Source: Octopus bimaculoides (lineage: Eukaryota). Taken from it: DNA of 63,983 bases. The notes below the pieces were generated by a model that did not search any database, was not told where the DNA came from, and worked only from the letters and a program-made list of their open reading frames with translations. Within the stretch, counting starts at the first letter, position 1. Every line of letters begins with the position of its first letter. A program made the position numbers and the translations under genes. The stretch is from the NCBI RefSeq assembly GCF_001194135.2, contig NC_068982.1:58902321-58966303 (forward strand). Direction: 5' to 3'. Below are positions 1 to 13,320 of the stretch, in pieces.

Positions 1-33
<33 letters not shown>
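1..33. repeat. (GA)n microsatellite
   Basis: Direct reading. Confidence 0.95.
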
Positions 34-36
<3 letters not shown>

Positions 37-2068
37 TATTATGAATTCATAATAGAGGTCGTGAATTATTCAAAAATCATTCAATTCTAAGCGAGAGTGG
101 AGCAGAAATATCAGAAAGCCAAGTTAAATATCACACAGTGTTGCTTCCATATCTCTTCATTCAAAATTCTCTAAAGGGTTAACTTTTTATTTCATCACTT
201 CACTATCGGTATTAGAAGCAGATACAAATCATATATTTGTAAAATAACCGTTAGCTTTAAGGGGAAATAGTCTTGGATTTTAGTTTATGGAATGCAGTGG
301 TAAAAAAAATTCCACTGTATTTCTGTCTCTGAGTGAATCATGAAATAAACGATTGTGACATTGTTGTTGCTAGAACCAATTTTAGATCGGGAGTTAAACT
401 AGAATGAAGCCTTTAAACAAAAGATTTCTCAATTAGAATAATTATAAATCAAAAAGGACAATCAAGAAGATAAAATGCATTTTATCAACTGTTATTCAAA
501 CAATAGTTTCCATTAGAATCATTATTAGAATTATTGTGCCAGGAAGATACAGCTTATATGTGGCTACTAAGGAGATTCTGGTTTCAGGTTAACAGAACAA
601 TTTGAAATTATGGTGTGGTTAGTTGAGGATTCACATCGAAATCATTTAGAGGTGAAGACACTTCACAAGCGAGTTTCAATGGTCAGCATATCAAGTTTAC
701 TAAAGACGAAGAATGCAAGAGAGGCGTTGAAAGCGGATTTAAGATCTGGAGGAAAATAGTTACAATACATACATACATACATATATATATATAAATACAC
801 AGACACACATACCTATATANNNNNNNNNNNNNNNNNNNNNNNNNNNNTATATATATGTGTGTGTGTGTGTGTGTGTAAATACGCACACAGACACAAACAC
901 GCACACGCATATGTATGTGTATATATATATTAGTAAATATATAAGCAAAAGAAATTAACTAGCAACTAGATTGTTCAGTCAATTTCTTTTGACCAAAATT
1001 TCTCACCTGTTAATGAGATATTCTGTACTGACTGCAATTGATAGTCTTCAATGTATTTCATCATGTATCAGCCGAGAGCATCGTGTTCAGTCAAAATTTC
1101 ATTGTAATTGATCTTCAGTTCAGTAAACAATATCCACTCAAGGCTATGCTCCAGCATGGCCTTGGTCACAATGACTAAAACAAACCACCAAAGAAACACA
1201 GCTACTACTGAATTAAGGCAATTATGGACACTGTAAGTTAACTTAAACTTAACAGACTCAGAAAGTATTTACTTTTCTATGTAAATCTATTGCTGATTTC
1301 ATTAAATCTGAATATCATTAATCCTATGATATAAACCAATTTAGCTGTATCTGCCTCTTCGTGTTGCCTACCAAAATCATTGTTCCTCTCACTTGGGGAT
1401 ATTACAGCTTGTGGCATCGTTACAGAAAAATCAAACGTCTGTATTACAAAGCGATATTGAATATTAACCAGAGTTCTGTGACATTAAACCATAACACAAT
1501 TGACGTGGACAAGACCTCTGCCGTATTATACTCTTCAACAGTCTTCAGGCATTTACACTTTTTGCTTATATTTTCGAAACCTCACTGGACATTGTTGCCT
1601 GTAGCTAATACTAAGGAAGAACTGAATTATTCTTAGACAGTCATTTTCTGATTTTGCCCAATGGATTTTTTCCCTGATTCAATAAATTAATTCTTGGTTG
1701 CAGAGATTCACCACGAATAATCAGAAAGTAACGAGATACTGATACGATGATTGTAGACTTGATATATTCGAAAATAAAAGAGCAGCATAGCATTCTTGGA
1801 ATTTTCCTTGATATCGTCTTGTTCTCTTTTTATTTATTTTCTAACAAAGTTATTTTCGTTACAGAAACAAAGCAGCTAAAAGCAGCGCTTGCCAGTTCGA
1901 ATCCTTTAGTCAGAGAATATCACATTTTATTTGTTGTATAAAGCAAAACTATAATATGAATTTGGATTATAATTATAAAAGCATAGATACTCTCTGTCTC
2001 TGTCCCTATCTATCTATCTATCTATCTATCTATTTGTCTGTCTATTTGTCTCTCTGTCTATCTGTCTA

Positions 2069-2110
<42 letters not shown>

Positions 2111-2799
2111 ACTCTCACTCACATATATGTATATATTATTTGGCTAATGACAACTATTATTTTAAGCCTCATCTAATTTCATTCGACCAGACTGTTACCA
2201 TTAATCAAAAACTGTATTTCAATTTAAGATGGTGACAGGTCACCACTATTTCATTGGTTAAAGAAACAGTATATGTAAACAGAAACACTAACCATTCACT
2301 CGCAGTCACACGTTACTGACAACAAAAGCAGATGCATATCTAATAATCTCTTATGGAAAAGAAATACTCAGCAATGCTATCCAATGGTTTTTCCAATACG
2401 ATGCTGTCCAATGGTGTGTCCACCACAATGCTGTCTACTCTTCTGTGTAGCTAGAAGTAGCTTTTACATCAAACTAAGGTACATAAACTCAGAACAAATA
2501 ATACCTATCACAAAATAGAAGCATTATCTGGTATAACCGTCCTTGTAGCTTAAATGCATTCACGAATGATTGCTATGGCTTATATTGCACTAATTACTAC
2601 ATATTTACTTGCATCGGACAACATCATAAAAAAGTGAAGGTTGTTACAAAATCATTAAAAAAAAATGAAGGTTATTTATAGTTGTATAGATAACATAGAA
2701 TTACAAACCTCGAGCAATACAAAATGAACACAACACAAAACAATTTCAGATACATGACAAAGTGTCATTTAGATGGAAAATGCCGAATACAATAAAAAG

Positions 2800-3275
2800 T
2801 TAGCAAAAGAATGCAATGGTTGCGGCGAACAGCTGTAGGTGCAACACGTCTTTTCGCAGTTCATTGCTATCTCTGTGACATGCTGTCGAAAATGGGTCAA
2901 GCACAGATCACGCAATTGGTCGATATGATCGACTAGCCCCTTTCTACAAAATTTCACGCCATTGTGCCTATAGTAGATAGAATTATTATTAATATTATTA
3001 TTATTATTAATATTATTATTATTAATATTATTATTATTATTATTATTATTATTGCTGCGAGCGGGCAGAATCGTTAGCGCACTGCACGAAATGCACTGCA
3101 ATATTTCGCCCCTCTTTATATTCAGAATTCAAATTCCGCCGAGGTCGACTTTGCATTTCATCCTTTCGGGGGTTACAAAATAAGTACCAGTCGAGCATTG
3201 ATGTCGATGCAATCGACTTGCCCTTTCCACCAATTTCAGACCTTGTACTTATAATAGAAAGAATTAATATTATTA
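2800..3275 (+). mobile_element. Two head-to-tail SINE family C copies (Meta-domain-like tRNA SINE) joined by an (ATT)n tract
   Basis: Second copy has head ggcagaatcgttagc, B-box-like gaattcaaattcc, core gaggtcgactttgcatttcatcctttcgggggttacaaaataagtaccag (resembles the MetaSINE/Sauria core) and an (att)n tail. First copy is more degenerate. Confidence 0.7.
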
Positions 3276-3637
3276 TTTCCGTTTGTGATTTTGAGAAATA
3301 CATCGAGTGCCATTTCTTACATCAAGAACAATTAGATAATCCTGGAAAGCATGCATTAAAATATACAGTATTAACAACGCTTTGCGAAAATACCGTAACA
3401 AATTTTATAGACCCAAGTATTGTAATTTTCTGTGTTGTGCGTATGTCTATCCTTATATCTATCAAAGTATTTACAGATTTAATCGTATACCATTCCAATT
3501 GTATCAATTACAAATGATTGATATGTTAATTAAATGTCATAACGTTTTAATTTCAATTGATGATATAAATAAATTCTTAGCCTTCCAATTTGCTATAGAA
3601 AACTATGATTTTTGCTATTGTTGTGAAGATGATTAGT

Positions 3638-4024
3638 TTGTTGTTGGCACTCCGTCGCTTACGACGTCGAGAGTTCCAGTTGATCCGATCAACGGAACAA
3701 GCCTGCTCATGAAATTAACGTGCAAGTGGCTGAGCACTCCACACACACGTGTACCCTTTATGTAGTTCTTGGGGATATTCAGCGTGACGCAGTGTGACAA
3801 AGCTGATCCTTTGAATTACAGGCACAACAGAAACAGGAAGTAAGAATGAGAGAAAGTTGTGGTGAAAGAGTACAGCAGGGTTCGCCACCATCCCCTGCCA
3901 GAGCCTCGTGGAGCTTTAGGTGTTTTCGCTCAATAAACACTCACAACGCCCGGTCTGGGAATCGAAACCGCGATCCTATGACCGCGAGTCCGCTGCCCTA
4001 ACCACTGGGCCGTTGCGCCTCCAC
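3638..4024 (-). mobile_element. SINE family B, full length, 13-bp TSD
   Basis: tRNA-like head on minus strand (A-box tggcccagtgg, B-box gtttcgattcc), (caa)n tail, TSD gaagatgattagt at 3625-3637 and 4025-4037. Homologous to 38558-38940 and 55431-55809. Confidence 0.92.
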
Positions 4025-4311
4025 GAAGATGATTAGTACAATATTGCTATTGTTATCGACGAGACTATTGTTAGGCCTTTTAAATTATGTTTGACGGTGT
4101 CTTTAAGCTCAAGCTTCGTGATGTCTTCCCATTGCCAATTTTCGAGACAGATGGAAGTACGTATGAGTGCCACATATATATCTTTCTAAGGAGATGAAAA
4201 TAGTCGGGCAAGCGCATGGAGATTAACATCGCTACATCATAGCGTCTTCGAGTATTATTCGTGGGAGCTGCTGTGAGACATTATCCTCATCGGACTGATA
4301 TTATTAATAAG

Positions 4312-4720
4312 GCAGTAAGCTGATAAAACCGTTAGCGAATCGGACAAAAGGCTCAACTGCATTTCTTCTGGCTTTTTATGTGCTGAGGTCAACTTTGCTT
4401 TCCATCCTTTCGAAGTCGATAAGATAATTACCAGTTGAGCACTGGGGTCAGTTTAATTGACCAGCCCCTCACCACCAAAATTTCACGCCTTATGCCTATC
4501 TTAGAAAGGACTGCTATTAAGGCAGCGAACTTGCAGAGTCATTAGTAGGGCAAACAAAATACTAAGCGGTATTTCGTCCGTCTTTATGTTCTGAGTTCAA
4601 ATTCTGCCGAGGTCTACTTTGCCTTTCATCGTTTTAGGGTAAAAAAAAAAAATAATAAGTACACCCCGTTCCTCGAATTTGTTGACCTTGTAAAAAAAAT
4701 TGAAACCATTATTATTATTA
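4312..4720 (+). mobile_element. Two tandem SINE family C copies
   Basis: Two heads (aaggcagtaagctg, aaggcagcgaacttgcag), two cores gaggtc(a/t)actttgc..catc, tail gaaaccattattatt. Confidence 0.75.
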
Positions 4721-5015
4721 TGGCCATTGTATTAGCAAAATGGTTTGTGTGTAAGGCGAAACGCCTTGCTTTTAGAGTTTCAGTTATTTGCATTCTGAGT
4801 GAAAATCCCGCTAGGGTCTATAGAAAGTGGATTGTAGAATAAGAAGAGATACAAATGTAGATCTGTATTAATCTCCTACCATATGAACAGCTAATTCTAA
4901 ACAAATTTAGAAAACATTAATGGAAACGTTTAGAGAATATAATTTTAAAACTACCATCAGAACGATCATAAATTTAGTAACATTTAAGAGACCCTTCAAA
5001 TTTTAAGGATTAGTG

Positions 5016-5364
5016 CAGTGGTTCTCAACAGGGACCTATATGGCCCCTGTGGGTCCATATAAGATTTTTTGGGGCCCATGCACCAAAATAGTAAATTGGA
5101 GACCTACTATAGTATTTTAAGGACCCCTGAAAAAATTTTGCTTTATATGTATGCCTTGGTATGTATTGCAAAAAGCAGCTAAGTTTCTTTCTCTAATATT
5201 TTATAAAGTTCAACTTATGCAAGTTAATGCGTGGAAAACAAAATATGGATTTTGGAAGAAGTTTCTATAAAAATAGTTTTCAAATATCGAATGGCTATGG
5301 AGGACCACCAGAATAAGATAGTAATGAAAGGGGTCCATAGATAAGAAATGGTCGAGAAACCCTA
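5016..5364. mobile_element. hAT (Charlie-like) MITE, ~350 bp
   Basis: Left TIR cagtggttctcaa; degenerate right TIR tcgagaaacccta; 8-bp TSD gattagtg / gaatagta (6/8). Internal motifs shared with 26587-26921. Confidence 0.75.
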
Positions 5365-5526
5365 GAATAGTAAATATTATGCTGAGGGAAAGGATAACGT
5401 AGAAGTAACTTACACGAACTTACATTACAACCACCACCTTACAATTATAAGAAACCTGTTCTAAACAATTTACTCTAACTTCTTACATGTTCTCCGTCAT
5501 GGTATACTTCAATTGCGCTGCATACT

Positions 5527-6747
5527 CTAACTCCAACTATATTATAACTTTGAGACATCTCAGAGCTTGATATTTGGGTTTGAGTTGTAGTCAGTGAGAA
5601 AAATGGAAATGAGAAACCGAGAATTGCAACAGAGAAGACTCATCTTTGAATAAACGAATATGCACTAAAAAAGCGGGTTCAAATGCAACACATACAAAAT
5701 TGTAATACCACTAAGACCAACAAAACAATGTTGAATAACATACATACGTAAATGCACAGGGAGAATAAATGTAGCGTTCAGTAAAGCTAGAAATATACTG
5801 ACATTGATAATAAAAATATTTTCTTCAATCACTACAACTGTCACAGGCCCGTCAAGTAAAATAATAGAAAAGTTAGTTAGAACTGCACCTTATCAAGAAA
5901 GAATTGAAACAATTACACACTAATAACTAACTTTTCTTCCTTGGTGAAATTACAGCAACGCCATGTTATGGTGTTTCAACCGAATTTCCTTAAAAGTGGC
6001 TCGAGCGTATTAAGTCCATGTACCTTCGACAGTTAGCAACGAGGAGAATTACATTAGTTTTACCGAAAGTAAGTCCAACAGAAGACATACTAAACATGTC
6101 CTTTCTCTTTACTGTTCTAACTGGTGTTTGAAAGATAATGGATTCAACAACACCATCATACCTTTGTCATCTAAGGAACTGCTCTTCTTACACGAATGGA
6201 TAAAGAACGTTTCTGTTTTGCCAGGAAGAAAAATATGACGTACTGTGCAACAATACGAGATTCTAATGAAAAAAATTAGAGTTTGCACATAAGTGTAGAC
6301 AAGAATATAAGGAACTTTTTAGCAATTTTCAGTGACGGTGAATGGGACATCAACTGACAAACTGGAAATGAAGCCGCGTGATACTGACAGCGCCTATATA
6401 GTAGTATTCTCTAATTAACTCGTAATAACAAATTGATTACTTTCATCGGAAAGTATGATATTAGTAGCCTTTATATAGTAGCGAAGTAGCGATCTCTGAT
6501 TAGTTGTCAAACAGATCAATTATGATCTAGCTGTATTCATGAGTTAGAATAATATGTATTGACATAACAAAGATGATGTAAATATTTTGCTGTACCACAG
6601 TGGCTTAACCCGCTAACCCCAACAGAATTATAACTTTGAGACGCCCCAAAGCCTGATATTCGGGTTTGAATTGCAGTCAGTGAGAAACATGGAAATGAGA
6701 AATCGAGAATTGCGACAGAGAAGCATCATCTATGAATAAACGAATAT
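5527..6747 (+). repeat. Pair of 135-bp ungapped direct repeats (5527-5661 and 6613-6747)
   Basis: Manual alignment gives about 18 mismatches in 135 nt at a constant offset of 1086 nt. Confidence 0.85.
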
Positions 6748-6749
6748 TT

Positions 6750-6803
<54 letters not shown>

Positions 6804-6983
6804 NNNNNNNNNNNNNNNNNNNNNNNNNNNNNNNNNNNNNNNNNNNNNNNNNNNNNNNNNNNNNNNNNNNNNNNNNNNNNNNNNNNNNNNNNNNNNNNNN
6901 NNNNNNNNNNNNNNNNNNNNNNNNNNNNNNNNNNNNNNNNNNNNNNNNNNNNNNNNNNNNGAGAGAGAGAAAGAGAGAAAGAA

Positions 6984-7015
<32 letters not shown>

Positions 7016-8124
7016 CCAAAAGGAAAAAGAGGTGCAGAAATGCGCGTGCGCGTGCACACACATACATATAGGGGGAGAGAGAGAAACAGACAGAGAGATA
7101 AAAAGGTGAGTTAGGAGAGAGAGAGAGAGATATATGTAGAAAGGCAATTTCAAGAATAGCATCAAAACTTGAAAGTCCATTTACAAAGAATGTGAATACA
7201 ATATATCTTCCACATGATGTATAGGTTCCATTTTTATGCTAGAATTACAAAGAAAACTATTTTTTTTGTCGATGTCAGGAAGAATTCTACAACCATTAGC
7301 AAAGCCAAGTTATATCCAAAAACATACAAGACATTCTTAATCTTAAAGCTAGAAACAGAAAAACTATGGTGATTTATTTATTTATAAATTTTTACCAAAG
7401 TTGTGTAAGTCAGATAATTGAAAACGAAAGCCTTTCTAAAATCTTTTTTTCCTTTCTTTTCGGACTTTTCCTTTCATTCAGTACCAGTGTGTGTTATTGT
7501 TGTACTGCACGTTTAATATTCCATTCCCAACGCCACATCGTCATTTTCATGCTCTCGTTTATGTGGGATCCATGTTAGACGTTTTGGTTTCATAAACGCT
7601 TGTGATTGCTGTTATGTATTCAAAGGTCGGAGATGATTGAAAATATCTATGGATTACACTGTGTAACAAAAGATTTATGTTTTATTTTTGTCTTTGGTCA
7701 GTAAGTGTTATTTCCTTTTTGCTTCTATCTAGAAATCAAAGGACATGACTACTATTCCCTTCAAACTTTGTTTCTGCGACCTGGACATCAACGCTTTGAT
7801 CTATTTTCTGACCTATTTTCCATTACATTTCAGACAAGTTCAGCACTGAGTTGCTGAAGCAAAAATATCGTTATAGCAAATATTCTGCTCAATACCACAG
7901 ATTTGCTTGTCAGTTGCTTGCCCTTAACCATTTGAGTAGGAGTAGTGGGAGAGCATCATAGCCATGTGTTGAGAGGGATTCTTTGGGGTTTGAATAAATG
8001 TAACAAAAGCAAAGTCTAAAGGAAATATTAGCCATTTTTCATACTTTCTAGGGGGAAGTAAATAGGAAATAAAGGCTGCTAATCAAGGACAAAAATCGGG
8101 TAACACGATGTTTTAGATGATCCA

Positions 8125-8254
8125 GTCAAGACCTGTCTTTCATTCTTTTGGGGTCTTTGAAGTACCAGTCAAGTACTGGGATCAATATATTCTACTAAAA
8201 CCCACTCCCTAAAGCTACAGTCCTTGTAGCAAAATTTGAAACCATTATTATTAT
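8125..8254 (+). mobile_element. SINE family C 3' part ending in (TTA)n
   Basis: Degenerate core plus tail ccttgtagcaaaatttgaaaccattattattat. Confidence 0.6.
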
Positions 8255-9370
8255 GTCATGCGTTGGTTTTGCTTTAATTTATACGAGTTGTATCCAGTCC
8301 TCAATCATAGATGCCAAGAAACAGCAAGGTGTTGCATATAAAGATGTTAGCAGTTGAGGTGTATGCAATTGAAAACACTGATGTCTGTAGGAAGAAAAAT
8401 ACAGAGTGGATAAGGTTGCATTTACACGGAGAAGAATTTATGCAGAATATGGGAAGTACCCATAACTATGATCTCCTGTAGTTAGCTTATTTTGGGGCTG
8501 CTAGAGTGTTGATCTAGAAACTCGTTTGCTTCTCTTGATATCTCTTCAAGTGCCCCAGTAATAATAGGTAATGTTTTTGCTTTGAGATGCCACATTCTTC
8601 CGATTTCATTCTCCAGTTTTTCAAAGGTCTTGTCGGCTGGGGCTGTAACACCAATCAGAAGACAAGTCTTTGCAATATGATTTTTCAGAACAGGACCCGG
8701 TCGGTTTGCCGTATTTCTCGATCAGTCTGAACACTAAAAATCCAAAGGATGACAACGTCGGCATTCTGGGCAACCTGTGGCGACTCGTGTTACCTCCCAT
8801 TGTTTTTGTGAGGCTGGTTATGTACCGAGTTGCCCTATCATGCAAGTATTCTTGGTGACAGTCTGCTATATCCGGAGATTGTTTCTAGGTGCTCTCCGCA
8901 TATGCGGTATTATGAATTGCTTTCATGTGTCAGCACAATACTCTTGCAATTCCTTGTTGGAAAGGACTGATCTTTAGCAGCAATGATATTTTCCCTAGTT
9001 TCTGGTTTGAGACTGGAGCATAGAAACCACTGGTATGTAAGGGCTTGATCTACATCATGGTCTCTGATGATTGTCGGGTTTTTGCCATTGAGAGACCTTT
9101 GCTCCAATTTCTTCTTAATATATTGGAGGATGGTTTGCTTGGCTATGGTTTATATTTCTTTTGCCTTGTCTTTTGAGGACACACATTCTTCGAGTGCAGG
9201 TTCACCTAGTTGCAGTTCTCAGGGGTCTATTTTCGTGTTCTTCGTCACGGAGTGCAATTTTTTGGCATGTTCATGTTTCAGACCCATCTTTAAAATCCAG
9301 TCGTTTGCTTGTAGTAGGCAGATTCTCCGATCAAGCGATCAAACAAAAGTCATGGATCTTCTGTCAATTT
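8255..9370 (-). mobile_element. 5'-truncated, frameshifted R4/Dong-like (RLE-endonuclease) non-LTR retrotransposon 3' end
   Basis: Minus-strand translation across frameshifts: ...QANDWILKMGLKHEHAKKLHSV...DVDQALTYQWFLCSSLKPETRENIIAAKDQSFPTRN...QEYLHDRATRYI...NADVVILWIFSVQTDREI...KTCLLIGVTAPADKTFEKLENEIGRMWHLKAKTLP...ITGALE...IVMGTSHIL. This matches the C-terminal zinc-knuckle/RLE layout of R4/NeSL-type elements. The 3' UTR ends in (TAA)n. Confidence 0.85.
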
Positions 9371-9374
9371 AGCC

Positions 9375-9635
9375 CAGTGGTTCTCAAACATTTTTTGCTT
9401 ATGGACCCCTTTGATTCCTATCTTACTCTAGGGCTTGGACCTTCATAGCCATTCGCTGTCTAAAAACTGTTATATTTTTATGATTGAATATTATTAGGAA
9501 TTGTATACAAAAATGCTTAAATATTTTGGGCATTTTAGAAAAAAGACCAATTTTATTGCACATAAATTTTAACAACGAAATCTTATATGGATCCCCCCGC
9601 CCAAGGGCCATAGAGATCCAGGTTGAGAACCACTA
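9375..9635. mobile_element. hAT (Charlie-like) MITE, 261 bp
   Basis: TIRs cagtggttctcaa ... ttgagaaccact(a); 8-bp TSD atttagcc (9367-9374) / atttagac (9636-9643) with central TA. Confidence 0.85.
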
Positions 9636-9749
9636 ATTTAGACGAAAAACGTTAATTTATTTCTTCGGTCAACTGAACTATCTACTCTTTAAATTAACAT
9701 TAACTATCTACTCTTTAAATTAACGATCAAAGGTTTCTCCCGAACCATA

Positions 9750-9985
9750 GGTTCATAAGGCCGGTTTGTCAGATTCTGTGGCGTGATATGTTCCTCCCCA
9801 CCACTCTGGACGGGACAACAGTCATTGGCATGATAACTCATTTTTTTCTATTTGAGAGGAATGGAGCAACACGAAAGGAGATGTTTTGCTCAAGAACACA
9901 ACACATCACCCTTCCCGAGAAGCGAACCCATAATCTAACGATCAGGAGTTCAACACCCTAAGCACTAAGCCACGCGACTCCACTG
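9750..9985 (-). mobile_element. Degenerate CORE-like tRNA SINE (family E; D-like head, different tail)
   Basis: Minus-strand head tggcttagtgcttagggtgttg and CORE-like gtgttgtgttcttgagcaaaacat...ttgctcca. Confidence 0.6.
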
Positions 9986-10064
9986 ATCCGAGACTAAACA
10001 TTAATAAAAAAAAAATCATCGTCATCTGCCGTCACCACTACTACATAACCACAACATCTAGCAT

Positions 10065-10098
<34 letters not shown>

Positions 10099-10287
10099 GT
10101 CACCACCACCATTCAGTCTTCCTATGTGTAACATTAACCGTACTCCTCTTACTCTCTTTAACAATCCCCGCACCACTACCATAATTTTTCTAACCTACTC
10201 CACATAATTCTATCTAAATAAACAATGACGAAAAACAAACAATCAAGTATGTATAAATATGAAAAATAAACATTAAAACAGTAAGTA

Positions 10288-10325
<38 letters not shown>

Positions 10326-10436
10326 ATAATAATAATAATAATAATANNNNNNNNNNAGAAGAAGAAGAAGAAGAAGAAGAAGAAGAAGAAGAAGAAGAAG
10401 AAGAAGAAGAAGAAGAAGAAGAAGAAGAAGAAGAAA
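10065..10436. repeat. (CTA)n, (TAA)n and (GAA)n trinucleotide microsatellites
   Basis: Direct reading; separate tracts near 10065-10100 and 10290-10436. Confidence 0.9.
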
Positions 10437-12690
10437 GCACAAAAATACGGAACTGTCGCCCTCGGGCAAAAGTTATTTTGTTTCTGAAAACTGTTTATAG
10501 TCCAAAAACAAGTTAAGTAAAAAGCGGTGAGTTTCCCTTTCGGCATAGATCTTTTGTAATGATACAAGCATGGGCTGACAGTCAGCCATCTTTTGTAGAC
10601 AAGCCATCAACCTAGCCAGCCAGAGAGTTAACCATCCGCACAACCAACGAAACAATTCAAAAAACAAACTTTATTCAGCTGTTCACTTTTAAAATTCCAC
10701 GTCCTACTCTGATTATGCCCAACATTGTGTTAAGTTTCCAACACGCTTATATGCAATGCGCTGAAAAATCGACTTTGCCCCTTGAAAATCATATTAAACG
10801 TTGAGTGTTTTCAAGAAATCGTATTTGTATTATAAGAATATATACATTTTGTAATATTTCTCAGACTAATTGTGGCAAGAGTTGCCACAGGGCAAAAAGC
10901 TAAGATTCTAGCCAACAGGTTCTGCGTATCAATTACAGTCCCAAGCCGAAACCATTTCATTTCATTTGAATATCAAATGGTTTTAGGAAAAGCATAGATG
11001 TCACATTTCGTATGTGTATTTCATGTGCAAGATTCTTGATGTGGATACGCGTGTTGAAAGAAATACAATTAAACCTTGGGAGAAGCATAATTACCGGCAT
11101 AATGCCTCTCCCAAGGTTTAATTGTATAGATGCCACAATTACTCCGCTAGCCTTCTTCAGGCATTCAAGAAGTTAGTACACGGTTTTATATGCCATAGAG
11201 TATAGAAAATAATTTATTCTTTCGTTGTGCCACATTTAAATTTATATATATTCATACGAAATGCTTAAAGCAAATAGTTTGTTCGTTTAAATTATAAACA
11301 AAGCCAGTGGCTTGTTTAGGCTCAAAGGTCCGAGTGCTTTTGGTCGACGTGATACAACATATCGAAACACCGGTGTCCCAGAATCCCTTGCGCCAAGAAA
11401 CCTAGTATGTCATGAACAGGCCGTCATCGTAAAAAGGAGAAGCTATTGTCCTGTGACATACACAACAGCGTCTAGCATATTTGCGTTGAATTTGCCGGGA
11501 CGTATTAACAACAAATATGCAAATTTTCGTTTAATTAAAGTGCTGTACAAGTATCTTTAATAGTAATGGGAAACAATTATATTTCGCAGTATATATTGGA
11601 TCGCTGTTATTACTGATATTCCTTAATCAAAGTAACGCTATTTTCAAAATTTAATATACAGTTTCAGATATCATGGAAAATAGAAAGCAGAAAGCTATTT
11701 CACATTTAAGTTTGTTTTTACATGTAAAACGTCCAGTAGTTTTGGTGAAACATTGTGTGAAATTACTTTACTTTGTGTAAGATGAAATATAAAGAAAACT
11801 GTAAAAAGAAAAAAAAAGAAGCGAAAGTTGTAGTTTATGTTTCTATATTTCGGGTCTATGACTCGTTTTTCAGTACACGTGGAAAAGCGACGGATGGAAA
11901 GATCGTAGTGTTTGGTTTCAGCAAAACACTTCATATCATCCACCCTCCAAAACTACCAACTATCACCACCATCGTAACAACAACAACACCGCCACCACGC
12001 CTTTGTTACGTGGTATTGGTCGAGCCAGAATAATTTCTAAACAAAGTATGAAACTCATCTGTAGACTATCCGTTTCTTCCCTGTCTGATGATAGCAGGTA
12101 AAAGTGAGAATAACCCTTTTCGCCTTTCAAATTTGTTTTCAAAGAATACAGCTAATCCAGCAATTGTCAACGTTCCCAATAGGATCAAAGATGAGGTCAG
12201 GGAACTTGCTAACAATAGCAGTCAAATCTCTTTCAACCAATAGTTTACTGTCTTAAAAATGGAAGACATTTATGAAAATATGGTGCAGTGTGTGATAGTG
12301 GATCTTCGTCGTTCAGTGATGAGCAGTCAGGTTTCCATAACTTGAATTAACTGCTCTTGAATTAACGTATAACTGGCTGACCAGTTCACATGCACGTGTG
12401 CCCATTTACTTCTCAAGTAAAATCAGCGCGATTCAGTATATGAAAAGTCTGTGCCATTTTTGAATTATAGGAACAATCTCCTCGACGGGCTTCTGTACAA
12501 TTTCCGTCTGTCCAAGTTCACTCTCAAGACATTGATCAATCCGAGGTTATAGAAAATGAAATGACATTTACTGAGATGCCAAGTGGTAAGATCGAACCCA
12601 GGATCTCGTCGTTGTGAAGCGAACTTTTCAGCCATTCAATCACACGGTGCCTGTGTGTAGTATTAAGAAGATAGAACTGACATGACTGAA

Positions 12691-12911
12691 ATGGCTTCAA
12701 ACTTTGGCTAAGGGCCAGCAGTTTTTGAGGGGAAGAGGGAACCGATTACATTGAGCCCAGCATTTTGATTGGTACTTATTTTATCGGCGTCGAAAGAATG
12801 AAAGGCAAAATGGACCTTGGTAGAATTTGAACTCAGAATATAAAGACTGACGAAACGCCGCTAAGCAACTTGTCCGATGGCATGTTAACGATTCTGCCAC
12901 CTCACAGCCTT
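12691..12911 (-). mobile_element. SINE family C copy
   Basis: ggtacttattttatcggcgtcgaaagaatgaaaggcaaa...atttgaactcagaa...gttaacgattctgcc is the reverse complement of the family C head and core. Confidence 0.75.
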
Positions 12912-13103
12912 ATGTTTGGCTAATAACAGCACCAGCTCACCCTTGAGATGACAGTAATCCTTCCTATAGTCTTATCCGCTCTTGTTTCTTCTTCCTATTC
13001 ACCCCCTCTCTCTCTCTCCTCTTTGTTCTCCTCTCTTTTCCATTCCTTCGGTATTTCCCTTCATCACTCGTAACATTCTGTCTCTTAATGTGGTAAGCAG
13101 ATG

Positions 13104-13320
13104 AAGGCGGTGAGCTGACAGAGTCGTTAGCATGCTGGGAATAATGCTTGGCGGCATTTTGTCCGTCTTTACGTTCTGTGTTCAAATTCTCCCGATGTCG
13201 ACTTTGCCTTTCATCCTTTCGGGGGTCAATGAAATAAGTACTAGTTGAAAACTGGAATCGATGTAATCGACTTACTTCTCCCTTAAAATTACTGGCCTTG
13301 TGCCAAAACTTAAAACCATT
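13104..13320 (+). mobile_element. SINE family C, full length
   Basis: aaggcggtgagctgacagagtcgttagc head, gttcaaattc B-box-like, gtcgactttgcctttcatcctttcgggggtc core, ggccttgtgccaaaacttaaaaccatt tail. Confidence 0.85.

Noticed and set aside
8225-8290. Idea that SINE C is mobilised by the adjacent R4/Dong LINE
   Set aside because: Their 3' tails share no sequence and their trinucleotide tails are on opposite strands.
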